64,000 nucleotides of DNA, taken from positions 5,798,389 through 5,862,388 of the forward strand of contig CM121343.1 of assembly GCA_051530055.1 (NCBI GenBank). The letters are read 5' to 3'. The position numbers and the translations under genes were made by a program. Source of the stretch: Neoechinorhynchus agilis. Lineage: Eukaryota > Animalia > Acanthocephala. This document shows positions 45,090 to 56,980 of this stretch, in pieces (position 1 is the first letter of the stretch; the number at the start of each line of letters is the position of its first letter). The notes below the pieces were generated by a model, which was not told the DNA's origin, did not search any database, and saw nothing but the letters and a program-made list of their open reading frames with translations.

Positions 45090-46760
45090 TACTCAAATTC
45101 CCTTTATTTGGCTGATTTGGACACACAGTCCAATGATCTATTGGCCAGGAAAACACTGGTCTGCGCTAAATACCCACGACCGTACAATTATGAGTCTGTA
45201 CATTCCTACGGATATTCAGATACCTCCCGAGGAGGCTGAACTCATCAGTGAGTTCCCTCTCTTCAACGGCGGTAACGGATTCGAACCTTGATCTAAACAA
45301 GTCAGGAATGTTTCGATTCTTTAGCAACGGCTGATAATTTATTTTTCATTGGGCACATCGCCTACGGATCTGGTTCAGGGAAGCGCATAAAATAACATTG
45401 ATACCCTGAACCCACTTACCGTGGCTAGCTTAAAGAGTTTTTTCATCCTACTGAGGTCAGCGGTGATCGCTAAGTTATTGGTTCCCTGATGTTTCGTTTC
45501 GCTAAAACAAATTTCGATTCAAGTAAAAACCTTGGCTTTTTATTATTTAAAGGCAAACCCATGGGTGAGAGGTGATTTACTAAAAATTCAAGGTCTCTAA
45601 TTTAGCTAGTGTTTTAATATAATTCCTCTCCTTTATTACTACTGTTAAATCGTCGGCATACATCGTGATTGAACAGCAAATCGAGTAATTACGGACTATG
45701 TATTGGGAAACTAAACAAAATAAAATGGGCGATAAGGGAGAACCTTGGGGAACTTCTTTGAGTTGCCAGTAAACGGTTCGTTCGGGATCATCCGCAAAGA
45801 AAAACCGATTTGAATATAATGTTTTGTGGACAGTGACTATGAAATTATAAGGGAAATTAAAAGATCGCAGGATACTCAGAATAAAACCTATGTCGACATT
45901 ATCGAAAGCTTTGCAGATATCCAATGAAATTAAAATGTTCATAGCCAGCCGGTAACTGCTAAAATTACTAATAATCTCATGCATGACTGAGTGTACAGAT
46001 TTGTCCGCAATAAACCCGTGGCATCTCCCATCGATGATGTAGAACTCGATTGAGAAAGCGGCAATTCGTTTAGCAAGGACCCTTTCGAAAAATTGAGACC
46101 GAAGAATTTTGGATAGAAATGGGCCTTATATCCCCTGGAGAGGAGGCCCTTCTGCATCTCTTTTTGCAGAGAAAAATTCTCTTTGCTAAGAGCGAGCTAT
46201 TGATAAAACATTGTTCATGCTAAGAATGTTGGTTGCTTTAAAGCACGGCGAAGTCCCATTATTTGAAGTAAGCTTCTTTGACATCCACCACTCTATAAAA
46301 TCTTCTTTCGTCAGATCCAATTTACGAGGTTTTTGACGAACAAAAGTGGGGCTCATCGTGGGATTAGTGCTGGCTTCATTGCAGTGTTCTATGCTGAGAG
46401 CGTTAGTCATTGCATTCAAACCTGTCACTTTAATGCAAGAAGCGGCTGCCTGTTTCCAAAGCAAACCTTTTTCCCGTTAACTATCCTGCAGCAATTTGTA
46501 GAGTAGGACAAGGAAGCCTTCATCCTTTCGCAATCATGAGCAACCTGAAGTCTATCTCTACAAGGTCAATACAGCGAGGCCCAGAAACTAGCGGGCTCGG
46601 AATCGTCCAGGGCCCCACCCTTAAAAAGCTCTCTCCCAAACAGGCCTAGCAAATTAGATTTCCTAGGTCTGCTGATAGTAGTGAAAAACTTATCACTAAC
46701 ATTCACTAAGAAATTATTGATTTCTTCAAGGTTGGAGCCATCTCAGGTTGAGAGGAAAAT
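45090..46760 (-). mobile_element. L1/Tx1-like LINE ORF2 remnant (RT domain), with frameshifts and stops
   Basis: DIRPISIQN, LISLDICKAFDNV, VPQGSPLSPILF, MYADDL, GLPLNNKK. Confidence 0.85.
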
Positions 46761-46917
46761 CCGGGTGACAACGTTAAAAAGTTGAATGTTTAGCCATCCC
46801 AATCTAAACTTACGCGATAGAAGAATATTTCTATTGAGCTCCCACGTCAAAATGTCATGTCCCGCCACACTAAAAAGGGAGGATTGGGAAACAGCGGGTT
46901 AATTGGTCAGTGGTTAG

Positions 46918-48169
46918 AAGTATTCTGTCTTAGACCTGGCTGATGCATATTTACAATTCAAAGTCGACGGGGAAACTAAGGGACTATTGACGATTGCAAC
47001 TCCCTGGCGGTTGTTCAGCTATCAAAGGCTCCCATTCGAAATTTCGGCACCTTCGAAGATGTTTCAACGGTTCATGGATGAGCTGCTTGAGGGCATACCG
47101 ATGACAAAAGCATATTTTGATGATATTATTGTCACGGGGACGAATGATGAGGATCATTTGCGAAACTTGAAGATTGTCCTTTCAAGGCTGGAATCGGCGG
47201 GAGTGCGAGTAAAGAAGGACAAATGTCAATTTCTAAAAGAGCATGTTAGTTATTTGGGACACTCCCTGGTGAAGGGGAGTGACAGGCAAGTGCAGAACCA
47301 GTGGATGATTTGAAACTGGCGGCAGATCCTGTTTGTAAAAAAGAGCTGCGATCCTTTTTAGGTGCGGTGAACTTAGACAAATTCATACCACATTTGCGAA
47401 CAATTTGTGCACCGTTACAGGATTTGTTTAGAGTGAATGCCAAGTGGAAATAAGGCAAAAATGAAAAAAATGCCCTTATTGATGTCAAGGAGGCCGTATC
47501 GAATCATATCAGCTTGATCCTATTCGATGAAACGAAACCAGTGATCCTAGCTTGTGATGCTAGCGAGAAAGGAGTTGGAGCTGCTATTTCCCAATTTGAC
47601 AAGCGAAACCAGAAATATATGCCTATCATGTTTGCTTCCAAGAAATCCAGTCCAGTAGAGCTAAAATATTCAACTTTAGATAAAGAAGCGCTTGCTATCG
47701 TATAAAAGGGCCAAGAGATTTCATAAATATCGTTTTGGCCGACACTTCACGATCGAAACGGATCATAAACCGTTAAGGCATATATTTTAAGAAAACAGAA
47801 CATTAAGCAAGATGACCAATGGACGGATAGTACGTTGGGTGATCCTTTTGGGCGAGTACGATTACGATGTGAGATATGTGAAGGGCACAAGAGAATTTGT
47901 ACGCCGATTGTCTATCTCGCTTACCCAACCCACTAAGTCTTGAAGCAAACAAGAGCACTGTCGACGCCAGGACGTTGTTCACGATTCAGAATGAAGGTGC
48001 CAAACAATGTCAGCTATCAAGAAGGACGATTATCGAGGCTACGAAATACGATGATGAGACTCAACGAATAGTCAGGTTTTTGAAATACGGTTGGGAGCCC
48101 ATGATGGATGGAGATGAAAAGATTTACTGGGATCAAGGAAGCAAATTGTCAGAGGAAAACGGCATGCTC
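46918..48169 (+). mobile_element. Gypsy LTR retrotransposon pol fragment (RT, RNase H, start of integrase region), no LTRs seen
   Basis: SVLDLADAYLQ, YQRLPF, YFDDIIVTG, KCQF..VSYLGH, ACDASEKGVGA, LDKEALAI, ADCLSRLP. Confidence 0.9.
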
Positions 48170-48900
48170 TCCCCAAAAAATGGAACACAAATTACTACAT
48201 CGGTCTATAGAAAGCCAACTGAAACAAATAATTATATACTGTGGAACAGTGCCCATAACAGGAGCACAAAAGTTAGTATATTCAAAGGCTTTCTACATCG
48301 AGCCTACAACATCTGCAGTGAGGAGTGCCTCAGTGATGAAATCCAACAGCTGAAACGAATTTTCAGCAAGTTGGGGTACCCAAAGATGTTCTTACTTCAG
48401 CGCGAGAGCAAGTGGATCGTATGAGGAAAACCCAGTCAAAAGAGACATCCATGGGTCCGAATCGAATGGACCTGCGCATGGGAGTGCCAGACATAGGTCC
48501 ACAAACCAACCGTTGGCGCAACAAAATTTCAAGGATTGTGAAGAACAGCGGTCTGCCGAAAAAATGCCAATTTTATTTTCAAACTTCTGTGCTGATAGGA
48601 AATCTTATTTCCCGGAAATACCAGGAGATGGAAAAGAGAGCTGTTGTCTACAAAGTTGCTTGTAGCCAATGCAACAGCAATTACATCGGGCAAACAGGCC
48701 GGAATCTGAAAACGAGATTGGCAGAACATAAACGGTCCAAGACTCAGAAGGTGGTAGCGTCGAGCAAACTGGCCAGTGATCAATTATGACCAAACGAAGG
48801 TCTTATGGGCGAGTGAACGCAATAATTTTCGACGCTCAATTAAGGAATCCTTCTTAATCAAAGAACAGAAACAGAAAATGAATGACCAACGAGGATACAA
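48170..48900 (+). mobile_element. Penelope-like element, 5'-truncated (RT thumb + GIY-YIG endonuclease)
   Basis: TSVYRKPTETNNY..WNSAH..RAYNICS..LGYP; VVYKVACSQCNSNYIGQTGRNLKTRLAEH; RRSIKESFLI..MNDQRG. Confidence 0.92.
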
Positions 48901-50697
48901 GCTCTGTCTGCACAGCAGGCAAAGACAACACAATCTTTGGTGATTGCTCTCGATCGACTTCTGGTTCTATTCGAGACGTTGTATTTGTTTATTTCAAATT
49001 TATGTCTTGAGAATTTAGAGCTACGTTTTGTCCTGATAGCACACTCGATATCGTCCAATTTCCCGTTTCTATATCCTCCCTTTGCTGCCATAAGCACGAC
49101 TCAAGCAAATTTCGAGAACCTGAAAGAGTATTTGCCTGATTCTCTGGTTCACTTTGTTTGTTGACCGACGTTATTGTTTCTTCCCATGGCACAAACATAT
49201 TCGGCAAAGGTGGGTTTCCGGCAACTTCGAATCGCCTAGTGTTTGTGTTCCATCTTTTGCCAATTCATTGTCGTATATCGGTTTTCGTGCTGGAAAATCC
49301 TCTAAAGTCGAATTGAATTGAAGTTAATTCAAAATTAAGCGGATGCGACGGTGGCGAATGGGCTTCATTTGGCACGACTGGAAGTTTCATTTTTTTGTGG
49401 CAGTTCGGCTTAAATTTGGGCAATGGAATTGGTAGTTTGGAAGATGTAGATCTTTGCATTAGTAATCTAAACAAGGTCAGAGTTTTGGATGAACGTTTTT
49501 GTTCCTTAAAAAAGTAATATAAGGGCATTATAAAATTGTTATGTGACAACATTGGATGAGACTTTCACTTAATGGTTTTTAAAGTTTCCGATTACGGCCC
49601 CAATCGATCCATCTGATTAGCAGAAAAATCGTTTTTGACTATTTCCGATTACGCTGCGATTCGTGAACTGGGTTAAGCGGCCGAAGCGATCTTTGAAAAC
49701 GATTGTTAGTTTTTATTCGAGGAAACTTGATGCAACCCTCCGGTTCAATGTTGAACCCCTTCAAGAACAATGACTAAATGGCTATTTTTATTAAAAAAAT
49801 TGCGAAAAAATTTGAACGGGCGTTAATTCATTACACAGACCGTGAATTCTTCTGTTTTTTCGTACCTTCCGAATCGCCGCCTGCTTTCTATTGTTACATT
49901 CGTGTTCCGCTCGTCGTTCTTTTTTGTTCTCCGATCAATCGAGCGATATTTGGAGCGGATTGTGGATTTCGACGTTCGTACCGAGAACGAGCGAAGGTGT
50001 CTTAGCGCCTCAATGTGAGTAATTTTTATTGAAATTTAATGGCAACGTCGATATTCCAATTTTCTTATTAAAATGTGATGCATTTTGGGCATAATTATTG
50101 AAATCAATTTGTTGCATTGACGAAATTATGCAGGGGGATTCTAGCATCTCAACTAGGTTTGCAATTGATTTTGATTAACAATCTATAAAAAGAATGTCTT
50201 TGTTAATTTTATCCAATTTGGTCGTTATTACTCTTAAAATGTTGGTGCGTTCCATGATCACCCAATGCGTAATTATGGATTTGAGGATATCGTTTTGTAA
50301 TTAGAAATACGATTTATTAAAGAAAATTCCACATTCGAGAGCTTATGAAACACTGCTTGGTTATCCATTCGCATGTTTGATGAAAGAATTTATTTAAATA
50401 GACACTTAGGCGAACTGGATTAAAGCGAAAAAGGACTCTATTTTTCCTCCTTGCTTTCACCGAATTACTATTTCTTCGGGGATCTACAAAGCATGTGAAG
50501 TAGGGTGAAGTGGACGTCGTAAGAGCACAATGGTTGCGGATAGTTCGATAACGGTTTCTTGTGGCTTTTGAAATTTTTACATTTAGTTTTAAGATTGAAG
50601 TTCATAAAAGACACCTTATAAACATTCTTTGGCTTACTCGTTGCATCCAAAAGGTTAGGAACGCATCTCAATGAGAATTAAATTCCAATAGTCTAGA

Positions 50698-51142
50698 GGA
50701 AAAATAGCAGTTCTATTAGTCGATGGTGGTCCATTGAAATTCTGCAGCCACAAATCTCAGTGGATTTGATAAAACCCTCCTATTCAAGTAACAGTGCAAG
50801 ACTGATAAAAAAGCGAAGAGGCAAAATAATAATCGAATCGTCAAGTGATGAAGACGTTGCTATTCCACGTGCTGAAATTGATGATAAAAACGTAAAAATC
50901 GACCACGACTCGAAAACAAAGAAGAGGAAAAATAGCAGTTCGAGTAGTCGACCGTGGCCCACTGAAATTCTGAAGCCACAAATCTCAGTGGATTTGATCG
51001 TCTATACAATACTAAAAAAATCACTATCAGAAGCACATTCAAGAAAAGTAAAATTGAGCCGACTCATGGGATATATAGAATGCATTGTGAACAGCGTGAG
51101 AAAGTATATATCGGACAAACGATGCAAGGCATTGAAAAGAGG
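50698..51142 (+). mobile_element. Second PLE remnant, left part: tandem terminal-type repeats plus N-half of GIY-YIG
   Basis: HGIYRMHCE..KVYIGQTMQGIEKR runs up to the Gypsy TSD; repeats at 50698-50790 and 50844-51003 recur at 54710-54885. Confidence 0.8.
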
Positions 51143-52388
51143 TGATGTATGACCAAAACAGGGGCTTTATTGCACAAAAAACACCAAACACCACCAGGGG
51201 CGCGTGCTATATGGTAGCAAACGCGCGTTGATGACGCGGGGACGACGGCGCCAACAGTATCAATTAATCAATATCACAATCTTCCCCCTTCGCTCTTAGT
51301 TTGCTGGGGATCCGACAGGACCTCCTAACTTCCAGTCCATGTTCTGTGACATATTTTGAGCCCATTTCCAGGTGTTGGGCATTAATGTTTTCTTTCACCG
51401 GAACATCTCCCGAATTTACTGCAGACGGTAAATCGTCTTCGCTGCTTTTTATGGTGGTCAGATCTTCACCAGGAGGAGCTGGTCTTTGCGTCGAAACCAA
51501 ATCTCGCCGGCCATCAGGGTGTTCAATCAGTGCAGTTTTCTCGTTGTCACTGACCAACACGACTTCACTTACTCTATCGTCGAATTTGGTCCTTGGAATC
51601 ATGTTCCGTAAGAGCACCGTTTTATTTGAAGATATCCAGTCAGGAATGGAGGAGATTAGCTAACTTCTTGGGAAGCTGAACATCCGTTTATGCTGTGTCT
51701 TTCCTGTGCTAGTACAGAGTAACATTCGTATTTTTCCCAGCGCTTCGTGAAGCACCTCGGACCATCTAGATAAAGGAATATTTCTATCGTTTAGCACAAA
51801 TTCTATCGTTTTCCAAATGACTCCATTTAGATGCTCACATTGTCCGTTACCCTGAGGGTGGTAGGCGTTTGTATGACTCAAACAAATTCGCCGAACATTC
51901 AGCCATTCGCGCAGACATGTGAACGACGACCCTCGATCAGGATGGATATATTCAGGGCATCGGAAAATCGAGACCGTGTTAGCTGAACAGTCGCGACAGG
52001 CAAACGCCATTGGGAATCTGGAGTACTCATCCACTGCTACCAGGAGATATTGGTGTCCATGAGGCGTCATTGGTAACGGCCCTCGCTGAAATGCTGCGAC
52101 TCCATTGGTAACACTTATGGGGATCTTTTTGAAGCGATACAGCTTGCCGCAAGCTTCGACTTTTGGTACAGTCAAAGCGGCCACGGCGATTCAAGAATGC
52201 TTTCCACGTGCCACGCCTTAATCAAAATGAAGATAATATGGAAATGGTAGATTTGGTTACCAAATTAATCATAAACATTGCCAATGATTGGAAAATCCTT
52301 TGGATATGCCATGGGTATAGTATCTCTCACTAGGATCGATTGACACTTGATAATATGCATCTTTCAAGTCTATTTGACTGAACACTAC

Positions 52389-52523
52389 TGTGACCGAGTC
52401 GCTAGTAGACATGTTCTATATTCTACACAAAACCGAACACACGCACCTACACATATACGCGCATGCAGTTACTACTGTTTATCACCCGATCGATGGCATG
52501 ACGACATCATGTCCACTATAACA
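52389..52523. mobile_element. Solo LTR (135 bp) inserted in the Gypsy RT
   Basis: TGTGACC...TATAACA termini; ACTAC duplicated at 52384-52388 and 52524-52528; removal restores NAIAKNVVFSQIDLKDAYYQV. Confidence 0.88.
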
Positions 52524-54105
52524 ACTACATTTTTAGCGATTGCATTAACCATTTTGTCTATTCTAGGCAGGGGATAGGCGTCCAAATACGTGAAGCGGTT
52601 TATTGTTCGTGAAAAATCTACCACTAGTCTATTTTTACCCTTTTCCTTTTTAATAATGAGAACTTGGGCTCGCCACGGAGAGTTTGACGGCTCTATGATC
52701 CCCTCGTTCAGCATACGCTCGATCTCTGATATCATGAAGGCAGTATCATTTCAACTGAACGTTCGTGATTTCGTGATAACGGGCTAACAGTCTGGGCTTG
52801 AATTCTCGAAAAGAAATGGAACGAACTCTGGTTCGCCATTTGTTTCGGTAGTGGTCGTGGCTGCGAGTTCAAGAATATCCTCGTGGCCAGATGTTCTCAA
52901 CCACAACTCCTTATATGGTTTGACGAACGGCAATCTCAAAATTATGTCACAGCATAATTCGGACAGGATGAACAACCACATTGACACATTCACGTAGGCC
53001 GGTTTCACAATGAATTTCATCTCCTTAGCGATTTTATCGTTGATCAAATTAAGTGAACTTCCGGTGTCCATCAGGGCAGAAAACTTTGTATTACCAGTTC
53101 GTATCTCCATCATCAAGTAACCCTTATTCAGTCCATTCGTTGTAGTAGTAGCAAGGAATATAAATGAAAGTTTGACCTGAGTATTTTTCTTTGATTGACA
53201 CATTTTGGCGAAATATCCCTTTTTTGAACATTCGTAGCATTTTGCTTGATTCGCAGGGCAAAGGAGTCTTGGGTGTCGCTTTTTTCCACAAAAAAGCAAG
53301 GCGATTTCAAATGAAGGTTGTCGTGCTTGTCAGATCGATCTTTTACATGAGCAGCATTGCATTTAGCGGAATCACTATCTATGTCGGAAACATCAACAAA
53401 ATCGCGCTCAGCTATTGTCAAACTTCTTAGCATGTTACTCGACGTGGTATTAAATTGATCCATGCTGTCCGTCGCACATTGGACACTTTTAGCGATTTCG
53501 ACGGCTTTTGTCAATACCAAATCCTCTTGTTCGAGCAATCGTTGTCTTATTGCATCGGATCTGATGCCGGAGATGAAAGCATCTCGGACGAATTCCGATT
53601 TGGCCTCCTCCACATTGACAGCTTTGAATCGGCAATTGCGAGCCATGTTAGTTAGACATTGGACGTATTGATCGATGCTCTCGTTCTCTGATTGTTTGCG
53701 GGTAGAGAGAAGATGCCTGCTCAGCACTTCATTGTGCTTTTTTGGTATATCTTTTCCAATAAGGCCCAGGCTTCTTCAAAAGTCTTGGTATCTTCCAAAA
53801 CTTCGTATACATCGGGCCCAATATTGGCGCATAGGTATTCTAGTTTATCATTATCAAGATCGACCGATTGAATCGTATATTTGAAGTTTCTCTTCCATAG
53901 TTTGAACTTTTTTTCGAAATCTTGTTCGTGCGGCATCGTATTGAACCTTTCCAGCCTGGAATTCGCTTTTAACGTTCTATTCGAACTAATCGAACTTGTT
54001 GAATCGTCTATTGCAAGAAATTGTTTTTGTGCAATAAATTGATGTATGACCAAAACAGGGGCTCTATTGCACACAAAAAACACCAAACACCACCAGGGGC
54101 GCGTG

Positions 54106-54427
54106 AGGGCCCAGTGGCCGTGTGGTGTGCGCGCTCATGATGTGTCGATGGTTCAACGCCACCGGTCGCAGGGTTCCACGGGTGTGCGGGTCTGCTGGAA
54201 GGGTAAAGGTCAGGTTTGAGATCGCCCATCGGCCACCCCAAAAAAGTGGGTTGACCCTGTTCCTTCGAGTGCGGCTAAGCGCCCCCGATGTGTGCAAGTC
54301 AGCCGAAAGGCTTCCAAAAGGAATATAGCCGAGAGGCCCAAAAGAAGATGTCGAAAAGACCAATCAACTCAATATGAAGAAAAAACAACTCATAAACTAA
54401 CAGTATGCGAATGTGATCAAATAAATA
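54106..54427 (+). mobile_element. tRNA-headed SINE inserted in the Gypsy 5' LTR
   Basis: A box TGGCCGTGTGG (54115-54125), B box GGTTCAACGCC (54150-54160), AAATAAATA tail, 11-bp TSD AGGGGCGCGTG (54095-54105, 54428-54438). Confidence 0.85.
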
Positions 54428-54534
54428 AGGGGCGCGTGCTATATGGTAGCAAAAGCGCTGTGATGACGCGTGGACAACGGCAGCGATTGTTCGCAAGTAT
54501 TTACGACGTATCAATTAATCAATATCACAAGAGG

Positions 54535-54885
54535 ATCGCTCAACATAAGCAATCCTGCAGTCGATTTGAGCATTCCTCGGCAATATCTAATCATCAAGAG
54601 ACATGTAAGCATCGAGTGGATATTGGTGGCAGAGCAAAACTTAAAAAGGCGGCTTCTTTTGGACCTCTTACACGTCGCTGTGTCCAACACAATGGAAGGA
54701 AATAAAACTAGCGATGAAGACTGCTATTCCACGTGCTGAAATTGATGATAAAAACATAAAACTCGACCATGACTCGAAAAACAAAGAAAAGGAAAAATAG
54801 CAACTCGAGTGGTCGATCGTGGAACATTGAAATTCTGCAGCACAAATCTCAGTGGATTTGATAAAACCCTCCTATTCAAGCTACC
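54535..54885 (+). mobile_element. Second PLE remnant, right part: C-half of GIY-YIG plus terminal repeat
   Basis: IAQHKQSCSRFEHSSAISNHQETCKHRVD continues in frame from 51142 once the Gypsy is removed. Confidence 0.8.
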
Positions 54886-55599
54886 TCAGACCTTAGTTCG
54901 TAAATTCGTATTAAAAACAAACTTTTCTCCATTTTAAGAATGAACGCTTCGAGACGAATTTGATCCTGCGAAGATTTTGTTCGATTATTTACAACCCGAT
55001 AAGACGAGAAATCCATCGGGATTCTTGATTTGCACGGCTTGAGATCGGGCCAAAAATATCGCTTGATTCCATTTCTACAAATAAATATTTTGCTGTCAAT
55101 TTAAACGGCACTTAATAAAACAAGATTATTGAAAATCGTTTTCTAACACTTCAGAAAAAAATTAAATATCCAAGCGCTCAAAACATCATTATCCTTTATT
55201 GCCTCGAGGGTGCATCCAGCATTCTCTTTCTGAATCGCTGATTCTCTGATAGAATTATTTTTCAACCTTAGCTAAAAATTGTGCGGTTCTTAGTCCGACG
55301 GCATCTAATGTCTCATTGGAGAGAAGTTGGAAAATGTAAAACGACGGACTGAGGCATTTGTACATCGCCCTAAAATATAAATTCTCAGGGACTTGAATTA
55401 TTGTGCAAATCTGAAGATAAAATAAATTAACTTTTTGCTTGTGTCTTTTAACATCTGAATCAATTTGTAATGCTCACGGAATATTGACATATTAATTTTA
55501 TCCATTAACTCTTCTATTTTTAGCCAATAATTGGAATCGAATGAGTCGATATGAATTTGTTTAATCGTCGACTTTGACAATTTATTTTGTTTTGGCCTC

Positions 55600-56300
55600 G
55601 TCTTTTCAGTAAATTTTCTACGAATTTTTAAATGGTGGAATTAAGAAATTCTAGCTCAGTAAAATTTTCTTAAGTAAAGGAAAGACTGTCAGTACAGAGA
55701 ATTTCCAATATAAACGATTGAATCAGTTGTTTGATTTAAGAAGTCTATTATGAACGATTGGGTATTGAGAATGACAGATTCAAGAGCGGCATTTATTTTC
55801 CCGTCAATGATTTGCTTTTATACTTTTTAAAAATCACTTTTTTGTGCGTAGTCAAGTTTATCGGATTTTTAGATTGACATTAGTGAATTATCAGATTCGT
55901 GAGTTATAGAACAATCTACGGGGGAAACAAATTTCGAAAGAGATTCGAATTGTCCTTATTAAACAGTTCTAATGCTCTCGGATATTCAAAGCTGTCCCGG
56001 ATTTTATATGCATTAGACTTGAAGCTCAAGAAAAATTTCAAATTTTAACTGAGTTTGATTTACCCATCTTATTTAAAATAGGAAATAAACAGATGACATT
56101 TAAATGATCCCTGATCTCTTGAAGTTTTGGTTTTTGAACACTTTACACTTTTGCGTCCACTTTTGGAAGATTATAGTGGGATAATTCGATATTTCTTTTA
56201 TTTTCATTGTACTTGAAGAGTTGATTGCATTATTCGTTAGTTCTATTCTTTAAAAACGCATTTATACAGAGGATGTTCAGTACTTTAATTATTGAATATT
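55600..56300 (-). mobile_element. Degenerate LINE remnant related to 60050-60620; limits approximate
   Basis: Minus strand at ~55880-55985 (CGAGAGCATTAGAACTGTT..GGACAATTCGAAT..CCGTAGATTGTT) matches 60178-60280. Confidence 0.5.
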
Positions 56301-56980
56301 CTTTAAGAAGAATCCCAACAGTTTCATGGTACGCCAAACAGAGATTTTGATGAATATACGGGATCAAAATTCGTTGTAATTATTTTCGATTAAAGAGCTC
56401 TTAATTATAAGTCTCATATTCTGCTACCATTGCTGTGATTTGACTCATGTCGAGTTAATAAACGGATGCAACTTGAATTCTCGTGGTTATTTCCGCGTGG
56501 GATTAATGTTGCAGTTATTGCGTTTTGTCTAAGCATCCACTATAATTCTAAAATTTCATTTTTCATCCGTTGCGTTATTTTTAACTTTCGGATCTGCGAA
56601 GATACACCTTTCGACGAATGAGTAAGTTCACTGAGCGTAGTGAGTCTTAAATTCCTCTCCATAACGAATTCTAAACACTCATTGCGTGCCACCACAACTT
56701 GGGTCAACATCCGGTAGCATGACGGACGGCTATAGAATCCGATTGCTATTTGGACTCTCGGAGCGTTCATTCAGCGTGATTAGACCCGGGAATAATAAAA
56801 CTGAGCTTAACGACGTTCTTTACGATGATGCAATAAGAATGATAGCCTTGAAAATCTCAATAATTTCTTGTTTTATCGAGAACGACAAGCTTAAATGAAG
56901 CATATCCATCTGCCCAAAATGTTGAGCTTAGTTCCAAGTTAAAATATTTCGCTTGTTTCGAGTCATTCGGCAAGTCTTGC

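Larger units (their letters stand above)
51143..54529 (-). mobile_element. Gypsy LTR retrotransposon with both LTRs, internally deleted (most of RT and RNase H missing)
   Basis: LTRs 51143-51278 and 54040-54529 (TG..CA); 5-bp TSD AGAGG at 51138-51142 and 54530-54534; PPT next to the 3' LTR (51279-51293); gag RHLLSTRKQ..VRDAFISGI; Zn knuckle; protease LMDTGS; RT start GIIEPSNSPW..DAYPLPRID; integrase VDEYSRF..DRG..YHPQGNGQCE. Confidence 0.95.

Noticed and set aside
45277-45290. Perfect B box GGTTCGAATCC on the minus strand as a tRNA or SINE
   Set aside because: No A box or cloverleaf; it lies inside LINE-derived sequence
50698-51003. CRISPR-like array or hammerheads in the tandem units
   Set aside because: Eukaryotic context with no repeat-spacer periodicity; only partial TGATGA..GAAA resemblance without consistent helices
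50760-51152. 130-aa basic/Ser-rich ORF as a host gene
   Set aside because: It is made of PLE terminal repeats and the wrong frame of the GIY-YIG, and ends at the LTR
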